Shown here in pieces: positions 10,201 to 22,171 of a DNA stretch of 64,000 nt. Within the stretch, counting starts at the first letter, position 1; each line of letters starts with the position of its first letter. A program made the translations under genes and the position numbers. The stretch comes from Glaucostegus cemiculus (lineage: Eukaryota): the NCBI GenBank assembly GCA_976551045.1, contig CDPCPM010000248.1, positions 3,100,001-3,164,000 on the forward strand, written 5' to 3'. Below the pieces are notes generated by a model that searched no databases, was not told the origin of the DNA, and worked only from the letters and a program-made list of their open reading frames with translations.

Positions 10201-11695
10201 AAATTAGGTAGATGAGATTGTTTTTAGTTATTCATCTTTTAATTCCTAGAGGCTGATCTTAACTCCAGATGGGGACCATAAAGGAGTGGATATCAAATTT
10301 AACTGCTCTTCACTTCCTTCTTATTTATCTAAAAGACAGGTGAATATGTTATTGAACACCAAGCTTCCTTAAAAATAAAATAAATACTCTATTTTAAAAT
10401 TGTGCAATGATAAAAATAAAGAACCCCGGAGTGAATCAAATCTTCTTTCTCCCATTTTGATTAAAATTAATTTAAATGTAAACAGAATATATGTGTATAT
10501 ACATATGCATGTAAATATATGTAAATTTCATGATATCAGTTACAAGTACATTCCCAAAAAAATGCAGTTTTATAAAGTTATTACCCCCATGTAAAGTTAA
10601 ATAAATAAAAGTGAAATATCCCTTGACCCTCTTCTCTGCTCTCTCCATCTGCCTCTAACTCCATTTTTGCCAGGACCTTAAAACTATTGTTCCCAAGCCA
10701 ACAAATACGCCTGAATTATCTCACCTCTCTTCTGCTACCTGTAATCCTGGCAGCTTCTAGCGATGCCAGAACCCCATCTTGAAATGAAACATAAGATCTG
10801 AATCTTGAGTAACATGAAGGCAGAAACCATCTTTCACAAGTTTGTCAGTCAGGTTTACCTCATAATTCCAAACAATAGAATCGAGTATTGGCGTATTTAA
10901 ATGTTTCACTGCTATGTGCAACATTATGTTTAATAATGATTGAATTAAATAAAATTTATATTAATATGACTTTATTTTGATTAAGTAATTAGCAATGATA
11001 ACAAAAATAATTATTGTTTCAAACTGCAAAGTTAACAGAGCTTGATGGGGGTTTGCTCTTGTAAAATTTGCTGGAGTGAATATTTATTTAAAAGTGAAAT
11101 AAGATAATAAAGATAAACTTATAAATGAAAATTACGAGATTCCCCCTTTGATAAAGGGTTGATTAAATTTTCCCTCTTTATTGGGATATTTTTACACAAG
11201 CTTTCACGTGACAGGATATCCTATAAAAAATGGCATATCAATTTTGAGATTATCTTTGTACTGGTACTAATAGTGAAAGACTTCCTATAAAAGATATACT
11301 GATCATGAGTTCCCTTCTATAAAAGGGAATCAGATAATGATTCACACTTTTTAAGCAAAGTTCTATTGGTGAAACTCAAGTCTGTAAAATAGATTTGATT
11401 ATAAGATCATAAAGATGAAGGATTAGCATTAGAAAGATCCTTTTATAAATGGCACTGCAATCAACAGGACACCTCCCTTCTCAATTATAACTTGAAGTTT
11501 CATTTATGAGGCCATGTCTTCCTTAAGGTGAACTCTAAGCTTGCATTTGCTAAGGTCCTGGCCAATGGATAAGCTGTAGGTGGAACACAATTGGCAATCT
11601 TATAGTAACTCATTTGCCTTTTGCCTTTGATACCAGATAGTAAATGAAGTCAGATGCCTTTGTATTTTTACAAGATCTAAACAAAAACCTAATAT

Positions 11696-11914
11696 TAGTG
11701 TAGCGGTCAGCATGGTCGGGGTTCGATTCCCATCGCTGTCTGTAAGGAGTTTGTACGTTCTTCCGTGTCTGCATGGGTTTCCTCCGGGTGCTCCGGTTTC
11801 CTCCCACATTCTAAAAGATGTACGGGTAGATTAATTTGGGGGGTTTAAAATGGGCGGCGTGGACTCATTGGGCCGAAAGGGCCTGTTACCACACTGTAAA
11901 TAAATTAAAAAAAA
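11696..11914 (+). mobile_element. HE1-like V-SINE with CR1 tail; short deletion in the tRNA head
   Basis: B-box GGTTCGATTCC, V-domain, and tail TGGGCCGAAAGGGCCTGTTACCACACTGTAAATAAA. Confidence 0.92.
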
Positions 11915-13404
11915 TATATATATATTTTGGCATAAACTATTTGATCTGGAAAGTCTACACTTCCATCCATGAATGGTGGACTTTATTAAGGAAGTTCTAA
12001 TAGACTATCTATTTAGTATCTCTCATTGGATTGTTCATCTCTAAAATGTAAGTTTTTAAAACAGAAATTTATACTTGTTGAAAAATAAATTATACACCAT
12101 TGAAGACACTTAAAAAGCAAATACTGGATGTTTAGTTAGATTTGCCATTATTGAACAAAATATTTTAGAAAAAAATAACTCTTTTATTCATCTTGTTTTC
12201 TGTCCTATAGATGCATAATGTAGTCATCTATGAAAGGAGAATGACAGTCAGAGAGAAATGAGGCCTAGTGGGCTACTAAACACCTGAGAATCCAGCCTTG
12301 GCATCAGTGTTTAATCCACATTTAATACCCCGGAAATAATAAAGACTTAGATGCAGCAGGGAAATTGTCACAGAGATATGTCACTTATCTAATTAGCCAG
12401 CCCGAGCACACTGCCAATGGCAGTTCAAGATAGAATTCCCTTGGATGGTTATTTCATCGGAACATGCCAGTAACTGCATTGGACAACACATCTCATCTAC
12501 TGAGTACAATTTCTTTCAGGAGGTCATGATAGCTTTGTGACCCATTCACCCATTTATGCTTTTCATGTTCCTGATGGTAGTGTTAACAGAAAACAATCAT
12601 ATTTAAATTTGATGCCTTTGTCAACGAATGGAGAATCACTTATAATAGGCTCCTTCAGTCATGTACCTATCTTCAATTTTACAAAGTAGGATGAGCTAAT
12701 GTTAAATAAATATGAAATTATTTGTAACTACTGCCAGGAAAATGTCCACCTTAATACAAGATGTGTGGATGGACTCATGCATTTTGTTCATTCTAAAGCA
12801 ATCAGACTCTCCCATCAATGCCAATTTTGGTGATTTTTGCTTGTTTTGATCAGAAAATATACCTACAAATGTAACTCTTCTTCCCTTTCACTGATTCTCA
12901 ATATTCATCCATTTTCCTACTCCTTTTGACAATTTTTACTTTCCATTTATTTGCAAAAATATCTTGTGTTTCTACTTTGCAGCAATTATCACCAATAGCC
13001 CTTCCACTGTTTCTCATTCTCTCTTCAGCTTTTGTGATATGAGAAATTATCCCCTTATCCCTATGTCCTGTTTGGGAGTGTTGCTTTAAGGAAGATAGGT
13101 TGGTGATAAAATTATACGCCATCATGAGAACAAAGAATATGTCCTATAACTTTTAACTGAGGTATGATAAGTTGTCTTTGCATTCAAGCAGGGGACATAC
13201 GACTGACAAGGTGATAGTTGACAGCTTTAATCAGCTGAAACTCCCGTTCCAAAGTGGAGCAGTTTCCGTTATACATCATTGCAATTAACAGATGGCAAAG
13301 GGTGAACTATTTCTGTATGTCTTTTTGGTGGATGTATTTCTTCAACTTTTTTGACTTTGTGAATGGAATAATGGAACCAACATAGCACGCTCACAGCTCC
13401 TAAC

Positions 13405-13518
13405 TTATACGCAGACTCGGGGAGAATGTACAAACTCTTTACAGACAGTGGCCGGAATTGAACCTGGGTCGCTGGCTCTGTAATAGCATTATGCTAACCA
13501 CTATGCTACTGTGCCGCC
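13405..13518 (-). mobile_element. V-SINE 5' fragment
   Basis: Reverse complement reads GGCGGCACAGTAGCATAGTGGTTAGCATAATGCTATTACAG...GGTTCAATTCC...GAGTTTGTACATTCTCCCC. Confidence 0.85.
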
Positions 13519-14978
13519 AAGTTAATACTTGTAGATTCATGTGTTAGTTCACAGATTCCACCGGAGGATGTCTTGGACTCTCCAGCACATGGTATCAAAT
13601 GGCATATAATATCTGTTTGCTATCTCGGCACAAAATTCAACCAAATATATGAAGCTCAGGAGATTCACAGAAGCAGGCCTTAACTGTTTGATTGTTTCCC
13701 ATTTGGTGCAATATTAGTTCAAAGTCTCTACCATGTGAGCCATTGCTAGAGTGTCCTAAACATCTTTCTTCAGGTAGGTGACTTCTTTAACTTTCCAGTA
13801 TTATTCCCTCTGCCTCTGATGCCCACTGCAACATGTCTATCATATGCCTGAACATCCAGTAGCCTATGCAACCTAACCTCTCCTATTATCTGCCTGGCAT
13901 AATTCCCCACTAGATAGCTGGCCCAATCCCCCTTCATCTGCTCAAGTTTTCCCAATCCACATTATCCTCTGCTCAAACCAACCACCATCAGCCAACACTC
14001 ACATCTGCCCCAATACCTTTCATCATCTCCCAAACACATACATCATTTGCCCAGCCCTTACCTCATCATCTATATAACTCTTCACTCTGTCTAAACAGGA
14101 TAACACTGGTCCAAGCTCAACAGCTCTCCAGTTCCTCGCCTCGCACTTCATTATATTCCCAAACCACTAACATCTACCAAACCTTGCAAACTCCCCAGAG
14201 GTTCTTTATCTAACCATTGTTATCCTCAACCTGACACCTTTATAATGCCAGGAGATCACAGAGGAAATTATACATTGGGTCTAATACACAGCAGAATACT
14301 GTGAACCTGGGTCAGTAGGCCAAAGCAAAGCTGATGCCCAAATAGACTTCACAGTTATCCCTACCATGTGAGCAGAAAGTAGATAATAAGAAAAATCATA
14401 TGAGCAGGACTTTAGATTTCCTATCTTCTGAATAAATATCAGATAAATCAGGTCAGTGACATTATAACCCTGGGATCCTCCCTTCAAGTTTTCCTCTTTG
14501 TACTCTGCTCTGTTTATGATGCAAATAAATATGTCAATGCCTTCGTTTATCACCTCTGTTAATACTTACAATAAAATATGATGTTGTGAACATTGAAACC
14601 CTTTTCTATTGAATTAACAACAGTAAGAGTTGGCATGACTTGATTTTTGTTTCCATTGACGTTAGCTTTTTGTTTCAAGCAGTGAGCAATAGCTTGGAGG
14701 GATTACTCAGCGAGCAATTTGAGGGAACTGAATTAAAGTGAAGCTAAGGCTGTGGCTGAAGCCCCCAGGGAAGTTGGTAATGGGAGTGGATTATGTGCTG
14801 CGTACAGTAACAGATGTGATAATAGAGCCTAAAGGCACATTGTCATCAGGGATTTCTATTAATTCTGGCAAAAATACAATGAGCTTGAAAGGTAATGTAA
14901 TAAATGTCCCTCTGTGCTCCTAATTTTCTAGGCTTCATAGTTACTTTCTTCTTCCAAGTTTATTCTACTTCCATCTTT

Positions 14979-15388
14979 TGTCATGATTCTGAGCACTGGC
15001 CCTTGATTTGGCTCCTTAGATGCCTCGTTGTACAGCACATGGATTCCATGCTGGACTGATTGCACAGTGACACACACCGGAGCCCCATCAGGGGCCTAGC
15101 AATAAGTACCTGGGTTTCTCTGGCACTAGTTGCCAGAGTAATGGTCAACCTTCAGGTATACTTTGGCTCCTAGATCCTTAGAGTGGTCTACTCTAGAGCA
15201 GTCCTGTGTTCTCTATTCCTGCTTGAAGATTCAGTTTGTGTTGGGATTACTACTCAGATCTCTGAGGCAAGATTTCCTTCCAGTTGCTGCCTGTGTTTGG
15301 TCCTGAGGAAGTATCCTGACTCCAGTCTTGTACCAGTGTGTCGCATTTGGGTTCCCTGTGAGCTTGCTCTTCAATCAACATTGTGACA
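14979..15388 (+). mobile_element. Solo LTR, 410 bp, Gypsy-like
   Basis: Starts TGTCATGA and ends TTGTGACA. Perfect 5-bp target duplication TCTTT at 14974-14978 and 15389-15393. Orientation is inferred. Confidence 0.75.
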
Positions 15389-15890
15389 TCTTTACTCTAA
15401 CCTAGCTCAGACCAGCAATCAATTCCAGAACCTCCTTGCGCATTTGGAGTTGAACCAATGGGGAGAGTAAGATTTTTATTTTGAAGAATGCCTTGCTGCT
15501 GGAATTTTTTTGGATACATTGATCTGCTTCTCATTCATTTTCTTCATGTAATATCTTCTCCAGTGAAATGGCAGTAGTCAAATGAGCATGCAATTCATCT
15601 CAAAGTCTAGATTCTCATTATCTTCTGCTCTGCTTATACCCAATTGGTAAAGTATTTCCAAGGCTCTGCATTCCTGACCATAGCCTGCTATGGGTATGAC
15701 ATTAGTTGGGGAGCAGGGGTGAGTGGTGGGTGGGGGGCAATCAACAGGCCAAAGACGACAGCCAGTGTCAGAAGTCCAGAACCATTTGTAGCTGAAAGCC
15801 TCAGTTAAATGCAGTCGATGAGTTTGGGGGTACAAGTGGACCTTTCAGTTACAGCATCATTACCTTCACAATGCAACATTAACAGAAACT

Positions 15891-17262
15891 AGATCACAAG
15901 ATCACAAGACAAGGGAACAGAAGTAGGCCATTCAGCCCTTTGAGTCTGCTCCATAAGAAAAGATAACATATCTATCCCCAACTTCCAGCCTTATCCCCAT
16001 ATCCCTTGATACCTTGATTAATTAGGTACCTATCCAACTCCCCTTTAAATGCCCCCACTGACTGAGCCTCTACAGCTGTATGTGGCAGAGAATTCCACAA
16101 TTCCACCACCCTCTGACTAAAGTAATTTCTCCTCATCTCTGTTTTAAACTGGTTCCCTCTGATTCTAAGTCTGTGCCCTCTAGTCTTGGACTCACCCACC
16201 AAGGGAAACAGCCTATCCACATCCACTCTATCCATTCCCTTCAACATTCTAAATACTTCTATGAGGTCCCCCCTCATTCTTCTGTACCCAACGAGTACAG
16301 TCCAAGAGCCAATAAACGCTCATCATAGGTAAGCCCTTTCATACCAGGAATCATCCTTGTAAACCTCCTCTGGACCCTCTCCAACATCAGCACATCCCTT
16401 CTAAGGTGTGGGGCCCAAAACTGCACACAGTATTCCAAATGAGGACGTACCAGTGCTCCATAGAGCCTCATCATCACTTCCCTACTTCTATACACTATAC
16501 CTCGCGAAATGAACGCCAACATAGCATTCGCTTTCTTTATCGCCGATCCGACCTGGTGGTTGACTTTTAGGGTGTCCCGCACGAGTACCCCCAAGTCCCT
16601 TTGTACTTCTGTACTTCCAATTTTCTCCCCATCTAGATAATAATCTGCCTGTTCATTTCTTTTGCCAAAGTGTACTACAGCACATTTGTCAACATTGAAT
16701 TTCATCTGCCATTTCTTTGCCCATTCACTTAACCTATCCAAGTCTCTCTGCAACCTTCCTGCCTCTTCTATACTCCCTGCTCCACCGCCAATCTTGGTGT
16801 CATCCGCAAACTTAGCTACAAAACCATTTACTCCATCATCCAAATCGTTAATATATAAAGTGAAAAGTAGCGGGCCCAACACCAACCCTTGTGGGACACC
16901 ACTAGTAACTGGTCGCCATCCAGAACAGGATCCCTTTATTCCTACCCGTTGCTTTCTGCCTACCAGCCAATGATCGACCCATTTTAATATCTTTCCTGTA
17001 ATTCCATGCGTACTCATCTTATTAATCAACCTCTGATGCGGCACCTTGTCGAAGTCCCTTTGAAAGTCTAAATACACAACGTCCACTGCCTCTCCCTTAT
17101 CCACCCTACCTGTGATTTCCTCAAAAAACTCCAATAGGTTGGTCAGGCAAGATCTTCCCTTTATGAAACCATGCTGGCTTGGACCTATCCTGTCTTGAAA
17201 CACCAGGTATTCCGTAACCTCATCCTTGAGGATTGATTCCAGTATCATTCCCACTACTGACG
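15891..17262 (-). mobile_element. CR1 LINE, 1.37-kb 5'-truncated copy with RT domain (one frameshift)
   Basis: ORF 16274-17254 has QHGF, LDFQRDFDKVPH, GVPQG..LGPLLF and KFADDTK. A frameshift near 16277 leads into ORF 15972-16277. (TCTTGTGA)n tail. Confidence 0.97.
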
Positions 17263-17381
17263 CTGTAAATAAAAAAAAATCAGCTGACCTCTGCCCTGAG
17301 CTGTGTGTGTAAGAAGTTTAAGTAGCAGAGCTGATCCTACTGAAAGGTTAGCATGGGCATCACCAGCCCATTGAGTTAACC
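17260..17381 (+). repeat. 122-bp direct copy of 17987-18107 at the CR1 5' junction
   Basis: Identical to 17987-18107 except A-run 9 vs 8 and one C/T change. Confidence 0.97.
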
Positions 17382-17449
17382 CACTAGATGGTTGATAATT
17401 GAATGTTCTTCCCGTTGCAGATCAGGGTGGATAAGGAGAAAGAGAGACA

Positions 17450-17650
17450 GTGAATGCTGAAAGTGCTCCAACAAAAAATAAAACCAGAAATTGATTTAAA
17501 TACTCAGCCGGTCAGGCAGCATTCATAAAAGACAGACAGAGTTAACATCAAGTAACTCAGATAACAAGAGATCAATAATCAGATATCAAGAGATAAACTT
17601 GAGAGAAGAGAGCAAAAGAACAAAAAACTGAAAATACTCTGCTGCTTTTT
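17450..17650 (-). mobile_element. Penelope-like terminal repeat fragment
   Basis: AAATACTCAGCCGGTCAGGCAGCAT...CAGAGTTAACAT resembles the copies at 54515 and 55245. Confidence 0.55.
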
Positions 17651-17761
17651 TTGGTGTTAATGCTCAATTACTTCTGTGGAAGTGGAAATCACATTCCGAT
17701 TAATTCCAAAAGCAACATCCATTTATCATCTCGAATTTCTTTTTGGCTGTGACAAATTTAT

Positions 17762-18005
17762 GGGCGGCATGATAGTGTAGCGGTTAGCGCGACGCTGTTA
17801 CAGCGCCAGCGATCAGGGTTCAATTCCTGTCGCTGACTGTAAGGAGTTTGTACGTTCTCCCGTGTCTGTGTGGGTTTCCTCCGGGTGCTCTGGTTTCCTC
17901 CCACATTCTAAAAGACGTACGGGTAGGTTAATTTGGGGGTTTAAAATGGGCGGTGCGGACTCGTTGGGCCAAAAGGGCCTGTTACCACGCTGTAAATAAA
18001 AAAAA
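17762..18005 (+). mobile_element. Full-length HE1-like V-SINE with CR1 tail
   Basis: tRNA-like head with A box (TAGTGTAGCGG) and B box (GGTTCAATTCC), V-domain, and tail TGGGCCAAAAGGGCCTGTTACCACGCTGTAAATAAA shared with the CR1 3' UTR. Confidence 0.95.
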
Positions 18006-18429
18006 TCAGCTGACCTCTGCCCTGAGCTGTGCGTGTAAGAAGTTTAAGTAGCAGAGCTGATCCTACTGAAAGGTTAGCATGGGCATCACCAGCCCATTGA
18101 GTTAACCTAACCCCAACAGCCCCTCTTGATTCCAAAAGAGGCTCTGTCCATTACTGCCTGGTATAAATGGGCAGCACATAACCATTTTTAACTTCAAATT
18201 ATAAAAAGAAATCCTGCAACAATAACGTCTGTCCTTGATTCCCACTGGTCCCTATGCAAAATTAGCCATTGTGTATTTTGCCCATTTACAAGTCAGCTGA
18301 AATGTCTACCAGCCAGGTCTTGGGCAATCAATGGTCCGCCTTAAATTGGTCTCCATTTTCAACTACTGAGCTGTCAAGTTGTCAGGTAAATATCAAGGAG
18401 AAATCAGTTACAAACATCCGTTGTTTTTT

Positions 18430-18604
18430 CTAGATGGTTCTGGAGTCTCAGTTGTCATGTTCAAAATAGAAATTGTTAGATTTCCAGACATTAAGAAAAT
18501 TATGGGACATGGGGATGGTGATGGGAAATGACAGTGAGACTGAAGATCAGCCATGATCCTGATGAGTGGCAGAACAGGCTCAAAGAGTTGGATGTCCTAC
18601 ACCT
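18430..18604 (+). mobile_element. Old CR1 3' end; tail resumes at 19118-19151 after the Penelope insertion
   Basis: GATCAGCCATGATC...GGCAGAACAGGCTC 3' UTR motif; tail TTCTTATGTTCTTCTATGTTCT after the insert. Confidence 0.75.
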
Positions 18605-19117
18605 GAGACACAATAGATTCTGCAGATGCAGGAATCTGGAGCAACACACACAATGTGCTGGAGGAACTCAGCAGGTCAGTCATCAGGACTGGAAAGTAAG
18701 AGGGCAGAAGCCAGAATAAAAAGGTGGGGAAATGGGAAGGAGCACAAGCTGGCAGGTAATAGGTGAGTCCAGGTGAGAGGGAGAAGGTTAGTGGGTGGGG
18801 GAAGGGGGACTGAAAGGGAATGATGTGAGAAGCTAAGAGGTGATAGGTAGGAGGGCTAGAGAAGAAGGAATCTGATAGGAAAGGACAGTAGAGGACTGGG
18901 GTACCAGAGAGATGTGATGGGCAGGTCATGAGGGTGGGGGAGACCACAGGAATGAGGGAAACCAAAGGGAGGAGGGGGAATAACAGAGGGGAGGGGAAAT
19001 CGATGTTGTTGCCATCAGGTTGGAGAATGCCAAGGCAGAATACAAGTTGTTGATCCTCCAACCTGCTTCTGGCCTCAAGGTGGCAGTCAAGGAGGCTGTG
19101 GATAGACATGTCAGTAG
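18605..19117 (-). mobile_element. Penelope-like element 3' portion (GIY-YIG C-terminus plus terminal repeat)
   Basis: ORF 18597-19109 begins MSIHSLLDCHLEARSRLEDQQLVFCLGILQPDGNNIDF, the R..E...I..L....P.G.N end of PLE GIY-YIG endonucleases. Flanked by a 9-bp duplication CCTACACCT (18596-18604, 19118-19126). Confidence 0.88.
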
Positions 19118-21974
19118 CCTACACCTTTTTCTTATGTTCTTCTATGTTCTACTGCCTCTAGGGTACCGTACCTGCCTTAGCATTGTTACAAGGGCTCAAT
19201 ATATGATGGAACAATGCCTAATTGAATTCAGGGATTTGTGGCACATTGTGATGCAACACGTTTCAGGATTTTGGACAGGAAAGGAAATTTGGAGATGGCA
19301 TATTATTTTACTTGGACATGTGTGTCAAGGATGGATGTTTGGAAGAGAGGAATGGTGAGAATAGAAAGGGGCCTTGTACTTAAGGAGAGGGAAGGACAGT
19401 ATTAACTCACAAAGGGAAATTAGCTGGTCAGTACTTTGATTGGAATAAGATGGAGGAAAACAGGAGGTGATCACATGGGTTAGAATGTAGAGAAGTTGTG
19501 AATTCAGATTGCAATACACAAAAAGGTATTTGGGGACACCTTTTGTATAAGCAAAATAAATTAAGGATCTCACTAATGTTTTCTTAAGACAAATTCTTAC
19601 AGAGATGTGCTTTTTCAGTTGAGTTTGGAAATAAGGAAAGCAATGCTGCATATATTAGTTTGTATCAAGAAAGGAAATAAATAATACATTCATCCCATCT
19701 GCATTTTTGCTGATTTTTGTCCCTTTAAGCTACAGCCACTCAGCTCCCATCAGTGTCAATCCTGACCATGTGACAGAAGGTTCTCTTCATTGATCAAAAC
19801 AGCTTTTGCAACCACTTTTTTCCTCCTCCACCTTTTCCCTAAGATCAGAGCAAAATAACACAGCAGTCCCAAGAGAAATGGTGATGTTGAATTCAAATGT
19901 ATATTCAATGTGGTTTGTGAAATTAATCTGCTGTTTCATTGCACTATTTCTGTACACAAGTGCAAAAGAAAATATTTTTTTCCAAACAAGAGAGGGAGGG
20001 CAAAGGAGGTGTTCAGTTGCAGAGAAGAGAACTGAACGAAAAGAACATTGATACTGATCTCTTCACAAGGATGATTGCAGGCAGCTGATAGCGAATCACT
20101 TAATTTTTATTGGCTTTGCTAAATCTGACATCCAAAAATACACCTTTTCTGGATGTTCAGGATTTGTCTCAATAAATTAATCAGCTTTTACTGAAAGACT
20201 AGTGCTCAGTATCAGAAGAAGAAGTGCCTACAGAAAACTCCCACTGCAACATTGATTTGGCCCTAGGCATTCAAGATGAATAGAAGCCTACCTGAGACCT
20301 AATGGACAGTTTTTAAATAAACTACCAGTTAGCTACTGTTTTAGATAGCCTTCCTGAATTTGGACCCAGGACAATGAAGAATAATCTTTGAAATCCAATG
20401 TTATAAGATTCATCATGGCATCATTCAGTGTAAACAAGCATCAAATGAAAACTAGAGTTACAGTTCAGCAGTTTTCATTATGTGCTTTTTATGTACAAAC
20501 CATTTTGTTATGTGACCTTATCTGGCCAATGGAAGGAGTCAGTAATGAATAAATCAAAATATCTTTAAAAGGGACATGTCCAACAAAGATTACCACCATC
20601 TCTTCCCTCTACATGTGGATAAAAACGCATGCACAAAACACAGTCAAAAAGTACAATGTTACAATAAAATGCTAAGTGAACATTTCATGTTTACAAATTT
20701 ACACTGCATGGAAGTACAGGATCATCAACTTCAAAGTGACAGCCATGAGCTCTGGTTTTATGTCATTCATACTTCCTCATTTGTTTCGACCAAAATATTA
20801 AAATTAACTCTGACCTCACTAAATCCAAGTGTGATCGAGCACATCTGCCCATCAGTAACTCAACAGGTATCTGTGCACAGTATTCCAGTAATGAAGTAAA
20901 AACTATGCAATGTCAGTCTCAATTCCACTTTATTTCATCCATTTTAGTCTGTCTTTCACATTCTAAACTATCCTTTCCAGCAAGCAGTTTGAGGCTACAC
21001 GCTATAGACTTGTGAGGGACCTCTCCAACAAAGATTAACATGGACGCATCTACTGCACAAATCTGCATTGAATTACTCTGCTCCCAACTTATGAGACTTC
21101 AACCCAGAATTTGTCTTATTTTGCTTTTCTACGTGCTGTTTTCTGTGGAGATTAAGTTTTTATTAATACCAGCTGTTAGTCACAAAGACATTAAAGGCTT
21201 GATTTAGAAAGGCATTCCATCTTTTAAAGGATGCACTATTTATTTGGATAGTCCATTATGTGGAGCAATTAAAGAAAGCTACCAGATTCCCACTCTGATT
21301 CACTATATCAGAAAACTAAGAGAAGGAAGCATGTATGATGATTTTAAGAGTTTTCCCTATCATTACTGGAAAGGCATGGTGAAGGGCAAACATTCATAAT
21401 TCAGGATAACGCAGAGATTAAAAGAATAGGTGAAAAGATGAGCCAAGTAAAATGTGGACATAATTTTTAAATATTTCCAAATGAAGAGAAAGGAAACAAT
21501 GAAAGAAAAACATTTTGCAGTTTTCAGCATTGTGTCCTTGGAGATTTGATCAATATAAGCTTCTGGTGGCATTCATTAAAATTCATCTTGGGTTAGAATC
21601 TTGAGGAATCCATTGATCCCCATAAAAATTGATGGCAACAGTTTAAATTTATGAAATATAGCAACAGATTAAAAACATTGAAGATTATGAAGAAAAAGGA
21701 AGATTTTGTTGTCTGACAAAGTGGGAGTTGGTGGAATAAGGAAGAGAGTGGGAGGCGTTTAACCAATGTAGCAAACTGTGAATAACAATGGAAGTCAGGC
21801 TACAATTCTGCTTTAGTGCTGTGGGGTAAACCACAAAAGTCCAAACAATTCTAGGATATTCGATATGGCCTCCATGGAATCTGTAAAAATTATCCTGTTT
21901 CACAGAAATGATTATTGGGCTTAAATAATTCCAACATGACAAAGAGTACAAAGTGCAGGAAATAAAAATGAATT

Positions 21975-22171
21975 GAAAAGATAAAGGGTCTCGACCCGAA
22001 ATGTCAATTGTCCATTTTCCTCCATAGATATTTCCTGACCTACCGACTTCCTCCAGGTATTTGTGTGCAGGAGTCCAGATGAAGGGTTTTGACCCGAAAC
22101 ATTGACTGTCAATTTCCTTCTGTAGATGCTGCCTGACCCCTTGATTTTCCCCAGCTTTCTGTGTGTTGCTG
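21975..22171 (+). mobile_element. Two tandem ~98-bp Penelope terminal-repeat units
   Basis: AAGGGT....GACCCGAAA at 21984 and 22082, each followed by ...TAGAT...CCTGACC...TTCC.CCAG...TGTGTG. Confidence 0.8.
22072..22107 (+). ncRNA. Degenerate minimal type I hammerhead ribozyme motif
   Basis: AGTC-CAGAUGA-A-GGGU(UUUG)ACCC-GAAAC-AUU-GACU: helix I AGUC/GACU, core one mismatch from CUGAUGA, helix II, GAAA. The cleavage triplet looks CpG-decayed (ACGUC to ACAUU). Confidence 0.55.

Noticed and set aside
13780-14260. C-rich tract resembling an old L2 LINE
   Set aside because: Composition is suggestive but I could not read diagnostic motifs with confidence.
16274-17254. Functional reverse transcriptase gene (also 62819-63556)
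   Set aside because: 5'-truncated, no endonuclease domain, and frameshifted; these are dead LINE copies.
17762-17835. tRNA gene
   Set aside because: The A/B boxes are the head of a multi-copy SINE that runs on into the V-domain and LINE tail; no proper acceptor stem.
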